A DNA stretch of 64,000 nucleotides, from positions 3,410,001 to 3,474,000 of the forward strand of contig OZ176052.1 in assembly GCA_964247055.1 (NCBI GenBank), in the 5' to 3' direction. The position numbers and the translations under genes were made by a program. Positions 1 through 12,853 of this stretch are shown piece by piece (positions within the stretch are counted from its first letter, which is position 1; every line of letters begins with the position of its first letter). Below the pieces are notes generated by a model. It worked only from the letters and a program-made list of their open reading frames with translations. It searched no databases and was not told where the DNA came from. Origin of the DNA: Paragordius varius (Eukaryota > Animalia > Nematomorpha).

Positions 1-2760
1 GGAAGAAGTGGATATGAAGAGGGTTTACTTTAGAAGAAACGGATGAAGTGGATACGTAGAAGGGTGAAACTTTAGAAGAAACGGATGAAGTGGATATGAA
101 AAAGGGTGAAACTTTAGAAAAGGAGGAAGTGGATATGAAGAAGGGTTAAACTTTAGAAGAAAAGGAAGAAGTGGATATGAAGAGGGTTTACTTTAGAAGA
201 AACGGATGAAGTGGATATGAAGGGTGAAACTTTAGAAGAAACGGATGAAGTGGATATGAAAAAGGGTGAAACGTTAGAAAAGGATGAAGTGGATATGAAG
301 AAGGGTTAAACTTTAGAAGAAAAGGAAGAAGTGGATATGAAGAAGGGTTAAACTTTAGAAGAAACGGATGAAGTGGATATGTAGAAGGGTGAAACTTTAG
401 AAGAAACGGATGAAGTGGATATGTAGAAGGGTGAAACTTTAGAAGAAACGGATGAAGTGGATATGAAAAAGGGTGAAACTTTAGAAAAGGATGAAGTGGA
501 TATGAAGAAGGGTTAAACTTTAGAAGAAAAGGAAGAAGTGGATATGAAGAGGGTTTACTTTAGAAGAAACGGATGAAGTGGATATGTAGAAGGGTGAAAC
601 TTTAGAAGAAACGGATGAAGTGGATATGAAGAAGGATTAAACTTTAGAAGAAATGGATGAATTGGATATGAAGAAGGGTTAAACTTTAGAAGAAAAGGAT
701 GAAGTGGATATGAAGCAGGGTTAAACTTTAGAAGAAAAGGAAGAAGTGGATATGAAGAAGGTGAAAATTTTGAAGAAACGGATGAAATGGATATGAAGAA
801 GGGTGAAACCTTATAAGAAACGGATGAAATGGAGATGAAGAAGGGTGAAACTTTAGAAAAAAACGATGAAATGGATATAAAGAAGGGTGAAACTTTAGAA
901 GAAACGGATGAAGTGGATATGAAGAAGGGTGAAACTTTAGAAGAAACGGATGAAATGGATATGAAAAAGGGTGAAACTTTAGAAGAAACGGATGAAGTGG
1001 ATATGAACAAGGGTGAAACTTTAGAAAAAGATGAAGTGGACATGAAGAAGGGTTATACTTTAGAAGAAAAGGAAGAAGTGGATATGAAAAAGGGTGAAAC
1101 TTTAGAAGAAATGGTGAAGTGGATATGAAGAAGGGTGAAAATTTTGAAGAAACGGATGAAATGGATATGAAGAAGGGTGAAATCTTATAAGAAACGGATG
1201 AAATGGAGATGAAGAAGGGTGAAACTTTAGAAAAAAACGATGAAATGGATATGAAGAAGGGTGAAACTTTAGAAGAATCGGAGGAAGTGGATACGAATAA
1301 GGGTGAAAGCTTTGAAGAATCGGAGGAAAGGGATATTAAGAAGGGTGAAACATTAGAAGAAACGGATGAAGTGGATATGAAAAAGAGTGAAACTTTAGAA
1401 AAGGATGAAGTGGATATGAAAAAGGGTGAAACTTTAGAAAAAACGGATGAAGTGGATATGAAGAAGGGTTAAACTTTAGAAGAAAAGGAAGAAGTGGATA
1501 TGAAGAGTGTTTACTTTAGAAGAAACGGATGAAGTGGATATGTAGAAGGGTGAAACTTTAGAAGAAACGGATGAAGTGGATATGAAAAAGGGTGAAACTT
1601 TAGAAGAAAAGGATGAAGTGGATATGAAGCAGGGTTAAACTTTAGAAGAAAAGGATGAAGTGGATATGAAGAAGGGTGAAAATTTTGAAGAAACGGATGA
1701 AATGGATGTGAAGAAGGGTGAAATCTTATAAGAAACGGATGAAATGGAGATGAAGAAGGGTGAAACTTTAGAAAAAAACGATGAAATGGATATGAAGAAG
1801 GGTGAAACTTTAGAGGAAACGGAGGAAGTGGATATGAAAAAGGGTTAAACTTTAGAAGAAACGGAGGAAGTGGATATGAAGAAGGGTGAAACATTAGAAG
1901 AAACGGATGAAGTGGATATGAAAAAGAGTGAAACTTTAGAAAAGGATGAAGTGGAAAATGAAGAAGGGTTAAACTTTAGAAGAAAAGGAAGAAGTGGATA
2001 TGAAGAAGGGTTTACTTTAGAAGAAACGGATGAAGTGGATATGAAAAAGGGTGAAACTTTAGAAGAAACGGATGAAGTGGATATGAAGAAGGGTTAAACA
2101 TTAGAAGAAAAGGAAGAAGTGGATATGAAGAGGGTTTACTTTAGAAGAAACGGATGAAGTGGATATGAAGAAGGGTTTACTTAAGAAGAAACGGATGAAG
2201 TGGATATGAACAAGGGTGAAACTTTAGAAAAAGATGAAGTGAATATGAAGAAGGGTTGAACTTTAGAAGAAAAGGAAGAAGTGGATATGAAAAAGGGTGA
2301 AACTTTAGAAGAAACGGATGAAGTGGATATGAAGGGTGAAACTTTAGAAGAAACGGATGAAGTGGATATGAAAAAGGGTGAAACGTTAGAAAAGGATGAA
2401 GTGGATATGAAGAAGGGTGAAACTTTAGAAGAAACGGATGAAGTGGATATAAAAAAGGGTGAAACTTTAGAAAAGGAAGAAGTGGATATGAAGAAGGGTT
2501 AAACTTTAGAAGAAAAGGAAGAAGTGGATATGAAAAAGGGTGAAACTTTAGATGAAACGGATGAAGTGGATATGAAGAAGGGTTAAACTTTAGAAGAAAC
2601 GGATGAAGTGGATATGAAAAAGGGTGAAACTTTAAGAGAAACGGATGAAGTGGATATGAAGAAGGGTTAAACATTAGAAGAAAAGGAGTTATCGGATATG
2701 TAGAAGGGTGAAACTTCAGAAGAAACGGATGAATTGGATATGAAGAAGGTTGAAACTTTA
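1..2760. repeat. Purine-rich minisatellite, 42-bp unit with 39-bp and 40-bp variants; truncated by window start
   Basis: Consensus gaagaaacggatgaagtggatatgaagaagggtgaaacttta repeated tandemly. Variant units (ggttaaac, gagggtttac, atgtagaagg) recur in higher-order blocks. All ORFs in this span are repeat-derived and interrupted. Confidence 0.97.
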
Positions 2761-5410
2761 CTATTTTTATCTTCATTTTAATGTAAAAATATTAATTTTT
2801 ACCAATCGATATCTGACATGGCACAGCTAGTTTATTATAATCTTGAGATAAAGTTCCATATAACATCATGTTTAAACAAATATATTTTTTTAAGCTTTTA
2901 TATTAAAAAAGGGTCACTGTCATTAATTTATTAAGCAGTACCTAACCCTAATTATATATTTGCATAATTGTGTATTAAATGAATACCTCTCAAATCAATA
3001 ATTGCATCATAATGTGAGTTTTAATTTTAAACATTTTGGTTTTAATTCATAAAAGGGGGGATTCTATACTGATTTAATTTAAATTATAGGTAAAATTTAT
3101 AAATTTACAATCATATTTTACCAAAAATTTTGAATCTTTTTTTCTGTCAAAATTATTTTACAGTAGTGTATTGCAAAAACAACAAATAGTTAAAATTAAA
3201 ATATTTCCCCTATGTTTTAACATTACAATTAATTATGTTCTTTATATTATGTGTTTCTTTGTACAGTTTTAGGCATGCCTTATAATATCTCAATATACTA
3301 TATGCAATAAAATTTCTATCGGTAATAATAGTTCCCTCGGTCAATACCCACAGGGCTTAATATTATATATTTAATACGCCCCCTCCTAAAGAAGTCCAAA
3401 GGGCTTCCTCCAAGATTTAAGCTAGATGATTTATAGATTTACAAAGCATGACAACTTTGTTTTAAGATCTATGGAGAAAGTTATATGATCAGTTGCTAGC
3501 ACAAAAGATATTTGTTTCAACACAAAATTATAATATTTTGTATTCCATTAGTGTGTTTATCAGCGGTTTCAGCCAACGTTAATCACGGATTTTTGACAAA
3601 ATTCCATTACTCTAAAAACAAACGAAATAAATCAAAAAAATATGTCATTGCATATTAAATCCTTCGTTAATGTTGCTTATAAATGTTTTAACGTATTTTT
3701 AGGCTAGCTTATGTAATTTAGTAACATGTGCCTTAGCCCATATGGTCAAGCATAAATGCGATTATAATTGTTATTCCTTCATAATTATCTTTTCAGTTTA
3801 TAGCAATATACCACTAGATATCGTTTTTTATATTGTATAAAAAAAACTTTACACTTTAATTAGTTTGGGAACCAAGGGTTTTATTGAACCTGATTTAATC
3901 ATTTTTAAACAAATAGAAGTCGAAGGTTGGGCAAATAAAAATATTTTGTTAGAAATAATAGTGTAATCAATAACAAATCAACAATCTCATAGAATTATTA
4001 TAATAAAGATCGAAGCAACAAATGTTTTTATTATTTGTTTGATATTGAAAAAAATAATACAAAATATAAAACTCTAAACATCTTACAATTATACACATTC
4101 AATTTTTACATAAGAACGAAAAAATGTAATGCAGATTTCGGGGAAAATTGCTAGAATATTGTGCGTATCAGCTTACAATGACATTAAACCTACGCAAGCA
4201 AATGAATCTTTTTTACTTACATATATTTTTATCATTTCCGATATCTGATATGATGAATTTTTAAATATAACCGTTCTATATATAAATTAAAATTTCTATT
4301 TTAATATTTTTATCATAAGTATTGGGGAAAAAGTGTTGCAACATATATTTGTGATATGCGGGGTGTGACCTCTAAATACAACAATATAAATATATATTAT
4401 TCGGTATTATACCACTCAATGTGTCATATTTTAAATATTTTTTTCCTTTATTTTTTTCTAATGCTTTTAAAACCGATTGAATATAACTTTTATTGCTTAA
4501 ATGCTGATATAAAATATTTTTTGGCAGTTAAAAAATTATATCAATAAAGTTTTAATAAAAAGTTATGCTAAGTTTGTGAATATATTAATCAACATATTAT
4601 AAAAATTTATATTTATTGTTATTGACATAAAAGGGTATGAAGACGTAAATTTTCCAAATTTGATGCAATTGAGAGATATATTGAATAATTAGATTATCAA
4701 ATATATTAGTTAGCAAAAATCATATTATGTACAGATCAAAATTCAGATTATAATTAATAAATTATTAAATAATTGAGTCAATAAAATTATGTATGATAGT
4801 TAAAGAAAAATTAAATAATAAAACACGGCAAACATGAAATTTTGGTATTTTTTACACTTTCAAATGAAAGTTATTGAGGTTAGAAATATTAAAAGATTAA
4901 TTGAGAAATAATATTATCATTCAAATTATACATACATATTTGGACATGATTCTAATTTAGTTTGATATGATTTTGTCAAAAGTAATATATATTTAATATT
5001 AAATATAAAAGTAATTATAGGAAGATGAATTTATATCTATCTATATTTAAACATTTATGCAAAGATGAGAATCAAATTATGCATGCGTGCATGTATTGTA
5101 TTGTTTCAGGAGGATATAAGCGGTTTTACAATAAAGCTAAACTTCCAAAGTAACATATTGGGTTTAACCCAAAATCTTGCAAAATATTAATTACCATAGA
5201 GTTTATTTTTTAAATCAGTATTTATCCATTTATTGAGTAATTAAGGGACTCATTCATTTTAGAGTCTTTATGATGCCTAGTTATTTATAGTGTCGCCAAT
5301 TATTCAATTATTTCAAATATTTTAAACGATAATACCGGTTTACATTCAGAAATATATAAAATCGAGGCCAAATTTATATGACTTATATCTATAGTAAAGC
5401 AAAAAATATT

Positions 5411-7725
5411 TCATCTAAAATCACGCATAAAGTTATCTAATTCATCCAAATCTCTTTGGGTTGGACGTGGTCGTCCATAATTTTGATGTTGTTCTTGGGT
5501 ATAATATGTTGTGGAAGATGTGGACGGCTGATTTTTATCGTAATATGAGGAGGAGGTGGAATAATGTTCACCACGCCTTTGATTTTGGTGTAATGGGCCG
5601 AGCGAATTTGTAAAGTGATGTTGGCGATCATCGAAACGACTGTTGTTCTGGAACGAATCGTGATAATCGTGTTGGGTTGAAGAGGTCATCTTTTTGGAAC
5701 TTGAATTACTGCTGTCATAATAATAGCTACTTTGTTTGTTGTAATTAGCATCGTGATATCGTTGTTGTGAATCAATGTTAGATAGTGATGAACTGGATAC
5801 ATCTATTTGTAACAAAAATTCGATATAATAGGCAATAAAATATTAGACACTTTTTAAAAATTTTTGGTTTGTTTAGGCATTGGAATTTTAGTCATAGATA
5901 CTATACCATATATCACCAATGTTATTTTCTTTTTATGAATTTTTGATATACCATATGTTAATTTGTTTAACCGTTAACTCGTCATTTTCGAAAGTGGTTA
6001 TCATTAAGGTCCTAGATAAGATTATTCAATTTAAAACTGTTTTACTTTATGGCTAAATGCTATAATAGATCATACAAGTGAGGATTTTGAATCATAAAAG
6101 CTTTAAGTTAAAAATGAGAAATTTTAAAATTGGTGATTGTTGTTAATATTGCAATATATTTGTAATTGCGCTAATCTAAGAGGCCGCTAACATAAAAATA
6201 AGTAATTAAACTTTGAAAATTTTTGTATCTTTGTATAAAAAATATATTCGATACAAAAAATATGATATTAAAGCATTATAAAGGGAACGGCAGACGATAT
6301 ATTTGTTAAATTGTTTATGAGCACATGAAAATAGTTATAATTACAGGCAGTTTTTAACGTATTATTTTTACTTTCAATTGGTACTGGGAACGTGTCCTCC
6401 TCCACAACACGCCTTCGACAATACGTTACACCTCCCGGTTGAGCAATTACTGGTGGAGGTGTATAGTATCTCACGGGGGCTTGTTGTGGTTGTTGAAGTG
6501 GTGGCTGTTCGATTCGGGTTGATATGACACGTTCAGGGATTATTTCCGTTACAGTTGTACCGGCATCAGTTCGAACTTCCCGAGTCCGTTTATACGTTTC
6601 AGTTACCGTTACTTCATCATCAATGACCTGGGGCGGTGGAGGGGGAAGAGGAGCAGGAGCTTGATACACATAACGAATGGGGGGAGGGGGTGGTGGTGCA
6701 GGTACCGGCACATGTACCGGAATATATTCACGCCTCACGAGTGTTCCCCCTCGTGCTACAACGGGTGATATGTCTCTGGTTTTTCGATCATACGTTCGAG
6801 AAGTATATATGATTTCTCCATCGGGCCCTACGTTACGTAATGCCTCACGAAATACTTCTGCGGCTGGCCGGGAAGGATTGATATCCCCATAGGCGTATTC
6901 ACGGTCCCCAACTTTATGGTAGTATGCTGCATCCCTCCAAACTAAGTCATCACGGGTGTCAGCAAAAGATCGGCTGCGGTTCCGTGCACTATTGATTGTA
7001 TGACATACAGGAGGGAAATAATCAATATCATCATGGTAATATCGACGACTACTATGTCGAGGTACAACAGCTGGGATATACCTCCTTCTACCATAATCAT
7101 CGCTTTCGGACGTAAGGGTATTATAGCCCTCACTCCGATTTTCTTCATGTCGTGTCGATGAATGTGTCGCGTGATGATACTTATCTTCTTCGTGGCGATA
7201 TGATCGTTCACTGGGTGGATAATATATGATGGGTTGGGGTGGAGCTGGGCGATAATAACGTCTTGGGGGAGAGTGATCACTCTTTTCTTCAACATGTTTT
7301 GTTTCCGAATGATAACGGGTTTCCCTAAAATTTTCACCACCTCCCGTTCGACTATTCCGGACGTCACTTATGACGACTGGGTGTAGAGTTCTGGCAAGTG
7401 GCGGACTGGAAGATCGCATTCGGTAAACTGTTTTGGCTTTGCTGCTTTCGCGCAACTCAGGTTCTTCTATCCTTTCCGTAATTTTTTCAGTTTTTTCCTG
7501 CTTAAAACTACTTTGTTTAGTCCGCATCTCTTCCACCAATTGTTTTTTATCGTGGTGGGATGTGCCACCGTGTGATGACGAGGTAGAATAGTAACTGTAC
7601 CCGGAATCCTTAAACCCATTATTATTGTCATTATTGTAATTTTGATGTGAAGTTGATGCAGAATTTTTCATAGAACGAAATTTTTCTTTCTGCTTGGCTA
7701 ACCATTCCTCCGATGATTCAACCAT
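5411..7725 (-). CDS. Orphan low-complexity Pro/Arg/Ser/Tyr-rich protein, about 581 aa, 2 exons (7725-6372, 5802-5411)
   Basis: 1.35-kb ORF with an in-frame TAA upstream of the ATG. Donor GAA A|GTAAAA at 6371 and acceptor caaatag|AT at 5803 are both phase 1, joining the 485-aa and 134-aa ORFs. No recognisable domain. Confidence 0.75.
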
Positions 7726-9954
7726 TTTGGCGTCTTTATGATAAATTTATGGATAAAATTTGTCGTGTCGCAGAGATTATCGTAAAATTGTTCAGTATTT
7801 TTGTATCGTTGAAAATTAATTAAAATATGCAAAGTTATAAATATTTTCGATATGACTCATCCATCCATGAAAATGCAATTCAATAAATTTTTCATTCTAA
7901 AATATATTTATATTTAAAATGTAGATGTTAAAAATATATATGTAATAAAATCAAATTTTCTATATGCTAATATAATAGCCGGGAATAAAGAAAATTATCA
8001 CAAAATTTTACACCATAATGTTTTTGTCTCATAATTCGCATTTTCAAAATTTATGTAGCCTCTAGGCGTTTTTTTTTTAATTTTAGATGAGTACACTATG
8101 ATAATTTATCGTATTAAGTTTTATTAGCCGCAAAAACGATCATACTTGCGTTTTAAAACAAACAATAAAATATATATAGTATTTAACTTTAAAATACAAA
8201 GTCTTTTATCGTTATTTAATTATGATTGGTCAATTTTGAACAGAGTCCAAAACAAGAGAAAAATGGATGAGAAGGCTGCTGATGTCCTTGATAATAATAA
8301 TATATTATATCTAGCTGTGAATAATTTATTTATTGCCTGTCTTTCTATTGTTTATTATTTAAAAAATTTATAGTCATACCAAAATTATTGGAATGTTTCT
8401 CCATTTTTGAATCGATTGAATTCAATCTAATATTACTGCCAAAATTATTCAATTTTGAATTGTTAAAATTGTTGAATAAGGATGCTTGTAATTAGAATTT
8501 ATTTTTACAATTTGTTTACATACTAAGAAACAAATAAAAAGTTTAAATTAATTTATGAATAAAATCAGTTATAGTGCGACAAAATATGGTTGGTTTTAGA
8601 TTTTGAATTGTTTGTTTTGCAATATATAGAAACACGGACTAAAACTACAATAGATATTCTCGATAATATATATATAAACAGATATGTTTATGCAAAAAAG
8701 ATGCTCCTTTGTTTTCATCCGAAAAAATAGCAAAATTATCTAAAATTTATCCAACGGATGGTACATTTTATGTATTTTTTATATTTACAACATACCAAAA
8801 CAACAATAAGACTTTTTATATTTTGTACAATAGTTGTGTTTTTATATGCAATAATAACAAAAAATAATGTAAACACACTTTTAATGTTATTTTATTTTTT
8901 TACATGCTTTTTGCAAAAAAATTTACAAGGTTACGACGAGGAAAATAGTATTTAAAAATGTAAAGCTCAATACTTAAAAAATCTCAAATTCACATAAGTT
9001 TAAATTCGATAACTCGTTTTTTTTTCAATCAATACTTTATCACATATCGGTTAATATTATTTTAATTGATCACATAGCGTCATTAACTAAATTACAAATA
9101 TCAATCTAGAAAAAATCCAAAAATATAATTTAAAATTATCCTCTTTTGACGTTGTAAACAATTAATTTATTTAAATATAACAATTAAGATTTTATAGGGA
9201 TTTCGTGCTTTTCGCTAAAATATGTGCACTAAAGTTTTTTTTAAAATTTTATTATAGGTAAATATAAAAGTATAAATCACATTGTTTCCTTGTATTTTTC
9301 GAAATTATCTTATTCTAACATTTTCTTTAAAGGATTTTATATTGATTTTTATGAAGCACAACTTTCTTGTTTTATCATTAAATTCCATCATTGATTGAAA
9401 AATAAAGATTATCATTGTAATTTAACACACCTTTGCTTTTCTCGTTTAGGTTGTGAATAACGGTTAAAAAATATAACCTAATGTAATCATTTTACAGTTT
9501 AAATATGACAGCATTTTACATTCTCGATTTTTATAAATATATAGAATACTCTTGGCCTAGCTCTATTATTCATATCATCATAATAATAATTTTATATACC
9601 TAAAAATGTAACAAATAGGTGCTATATTATGCCACATATTTTTTTATAAAGAAAAGTAGGAGTTAATATTTTTTGTAAAGACAACATGATAAATTTAACA
9701 ACAGGATACTTCAAATTAAATAGTCTTTTTATATATTATGTAGGCAAAGAATCGCTAGCTTAAGGAAAAAATGTGATCATTCAGCTTTTGTTGTTTTTTA
9801 TTGGGACCCCTGGGGTCAACCGTATCGATATGATTGAAATGATCAGATAAAAGCATTTTACTTTTTTAAAATGTTAACAAACAAAAATCCCTAATAAAAT
9901 TTGAGCCTTTGAGTCAATGAATGCATTTCTTTATTAATGATTGTCATTAATATA

Positions 9955-10237
9955 CTGTAAAAACTCAAATTATACGGACAAAACATAAAACAATTTTTTT
10001 TTTTGTAAATGACAACCATACTTTTTAAAACCTTATTTTTCAAAATATAACTTATTGTTTCAAATTGTAAAGTCTGAGATAGAGATGTTTATTGGTAACA
10101 ATCCATTATATAATTTGCAGTTCAAAACAATCAGATATATAAAAATAATGCAAGATTTAACAAGCATAGTTGCCTTTTAGAAAAAATATTTGTCTTTATA
10201 TTTTTACGTTTTGTCCGTATAATTTCAATTTTTACTG
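9955..10237. mobile_element. Tc1/mariner-type MITE
   Basis: About 37-bp TIRs (ctgtaaaaactcaaattatacggacaaaacataaaaa vs reverse complement cagtaaaaattgaaattatacggacaaaacgtaaaaa), flanked by TA on both sides. Confidence 0.75.
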
Positions 10238-11441
10238 TATAATTTATAGTTCTAAAACTAATTAGATTCTGCATATCTCTGTTCTTAAGACCCTAGACAT
10301 GTTAATTTTATACCGTAAAAAGCCAGTTCAATTGACGAAATTCGATTAAATTTAGAACGTATCAAGTATATTTAAATTTTTTATATGAATATTCTAATTA
10401 ACGCGGTCAAAACGGCAAGAATTTAAAAGTTAACATCTACGAATGGATATTTTTACTTCATCAACCCAGGGTCATTAAAAAACTTAAAAAAATAATTTTA
10501 GTATTGGGCTAAAATAATATATACTTTCTTTAACCTTTTAGGCTAGGCGCATGATAAATTGTTTTTTTAATATGAATATTGTAAAAAATGTTCTTGTTAT
10601 TTTTTTCATTTCCTAGTAATTTTCATTTAAAATATGAATACAAGACGCAAATAACTGTATATTAAATAAAAATATAATTAACTTTGGATAGCTTTTAAAT
10701 TGGAATTTACCAACAAATTTTTGACGTCAAATGATTTTTACATCAGCTTTTCCGTTTCCATCATTTTTGGAGCTATCCAAATTTGGGACTCTTCTAGGAG
10801 TTATAAAACTGTAAGAATTCTATGTTTTATCTAATATAGGAGAAGGTTTTAATAATTAAATCTTAACCAAAACAATTTTCAAAACAGTAGTTTGTTTACT
10901 ACTTTTAGCTTTGGAGTCAAAAACTAATCCAAAAATGTCATCATACACAAAATGATAATGTAATGAAGTGTTAAAAAAGTATTTGGATCTTAACTAAATA
11001 TTAATGTTTTAAGCAAAAAACAAGAAATAACTCTTATTTTATGTTAAAAATTTGATAAAGTATTGCATGTTATATTTTTAAAAATATTTTTTAACATTTC
11101 ATACAAAATTTAAAACTCAATCAACAACATTCTGGTTTGATTGAAAACTTCAATACCTTTTCACTTTTTTGTCCAAGTTTACTTTTGGAGTAGTTTTATA
11201 TCCCACATGCTCATTAAAAATAAAGAATGTTATTTAAGTTAAAATTTAATTATTAAGCGTTGTTCTGATGTATAAGAAAAAAAGCTCATGTTTTTTTTAC
11301 AGTGTTGTGACTTCTAGAACCTGTAATTAGAACAACCCAAACACGATTAAAACTAACAGCTGACATTATAATAGAAATATATCAAGTATTTGCTAGTGTA
11401 GCTGGAAAGCTTTGTGAAGTAATTATTAAAATTTTCTCACC

Positions 11442-12037
11442 ATAATATACATTTATTTGTCTGTTAGCGATTTAAAAAATTTAGAGAAAAATAATGCGGC
11501 ATAAAAGTTTGAGATGAGGATTTTTTAGCAATTTTATATTAAAAAAAATTTTTTTTTGGCATAATGAGCCTAAAAGACTAAAGAAAGCATATTTAAATTT
11601 TGGTTTAAACTCAGATACTTTTTAAATTATTTAAATTTCAAATCGCTCTAGATCATAAAACTACCCCAAATATCGGTATAACAAAATAATAATAAAAAAG
11701 ACCCATTTTTTATAAAAATTGGATTTTAAACTCTTTTTATTAAAATTATTTATAAATTAAAGAGAATCGGTCAAAATATTGGTTCCATTATTCCACATAT
11801 TTAACACTTCATCATCTTTAAGTATTTTTATATTTTTAGAGCGATTTAAAATTTGAATATCTTAAACACTATTTAAGGTAAACCAAATTTTTAAAATATA
11901 CTTTCTTTATTTTAAGCCTATTATACATTTTTTTAGAACAATGTAAAATTGTAAAAAAATCCTCACCTCAAACCTTGCCGCCATTATGCTTTCCATAATT
12001 AAATCGGTAATGCAACAGGCAAATAAATGTATATTAT
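11442..12037. repeat. Long diverged inverted repeat (foldback-like), arms about 215 bp
   Basis: 11442-11655 aligns to the reverse complement of about 11826-12037 (anchors ataatatacatttatttg, tttgag(a/g)tgaggatttttt, aaatcgctcta). Confidence 0.75.
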
Positions 12038-12282
12038 CGTTAGAAATTAAATAACTTTAAAAACCTATCATGCTACATTATGCCAGCAAAAACTTCGATC
12101 GTGTTTTGGAGCTGTCCCAATTAGAATATAGGAAATATAAAAGAAAAATAATAGTTTCTTTGAAATAACACTTAGAAATTTTGTTAATAATATTATCAGG
12201 ATTATTTCGGTGATTGACAAAAATAAATACATTTATAAATTTCTATGATATTTTCTGAATCATAGTAAATTTATACAAGATA

Positions 12283-12314
12283 CTAGCTGGCCTTGTCACA
12301 CTTCGGTGTGGCGT
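12283..12314 (-). mobile_element. Probable Helitron 3' terminus
   Basis: Minus strand reads cacac-cgaa-gtgtg hairpin, then aaggccagCTAG|T: the hairpin plus CTRR|T signature. 5' end not located. Confidence 0.5.
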
Positions 12315-12590
12315 AGTATCACTAAAGTGACCAGACGTCCCGCTTTTTCACACTTTGTCCCGCGTCCCGCTACGTTTTTAAAATGTCCCGCTTTTTCACG
12401 ATTATATAAAAAAATTTTTTTTTAATGCAAATAAATTTTTTTTATCCGTTTAAATTTTTTAATCAAATATCTTTAAAATCTATATAAATTTTAAATTAAA
12501 ATTTTTTATTTTAGAATTAATATTTATTTTTTTCGAATTTATATCATATGATTATACATTTTCCTTCCTACTACTACTGTCATCATTATC

Positions 12591-12836
12591 AAAAAGCCAA
12601 GTCAATACCACAAATCTCTAGATTAAAAGACAAATTGATACCACAAATCGGTACCTTACACGTTTATTCCAGAAAATTAAGGTAATATAATATTTATTAT
12701 ACTTTTAGTTTGCCAACATTATTAAAAAGCCAAATTAATACCACAAATCGGTAGCTTAAAAGACAAAATGATACCACAAATCGGTAGCTTACACGTTTAT
12801 TTCAGAAAATTAAGGTAATATAATATTTATTATACT
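12591..12836 (+). repeat. About 113-bp direct duplication inside the hAT left end, with four ataccacaaatc motifs
   Basis: 12591-12703 and 12724-12836 are near-identical, both ending cagaaaattaaggtaatataatatttattatact. Confidence 0.85.
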
Positions 12837-12853
12837 AATAGTAGTTTATGAAT

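Noticed and set aside
1-2760. TAA replacing GAA at the same repeat position, suggesting UAA=Glu recoding
   Set aside because: ANKIB1, Dab and PHF14 end in TAA, long ORFs are open in the standard code, and the array also has TAG-for-AAG and frameshift variants.
1-2760. CRISPR array
   Set aside because: Contiguous tandem units with no unique spacers, eukaryotic context and no cas genes.
555-2776. Minus-strand SSYPLHPFLLKFHP repeat ORFs
   Set aside because: By-products of the repeat; they are broken by recurring stop and frameshift units, and the variants are non-synonymous in this frame.
6677-7367. Overlapping ORFs 6677-6892 and 6942-7367
   Set aside because: Shadow frames of the 6372-7725 exon.
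6372-7725. Horizontal transfer suggested by higher GC
   Set aside because: Explained by Pro/Arg/Gly content; the gene has a normal AT-rich spliceosomal intron and no foreign homology is recognisable.
8146-8955. Short AT-rich ORFs here and at 4356, 14801, 16825, 23902, 30807, 46795, 48401, 48729 and 51729
   Set aside because: Ile/Phe/Leu/Asn-rich chance ORFs with no motifs or splice-consistent partners.
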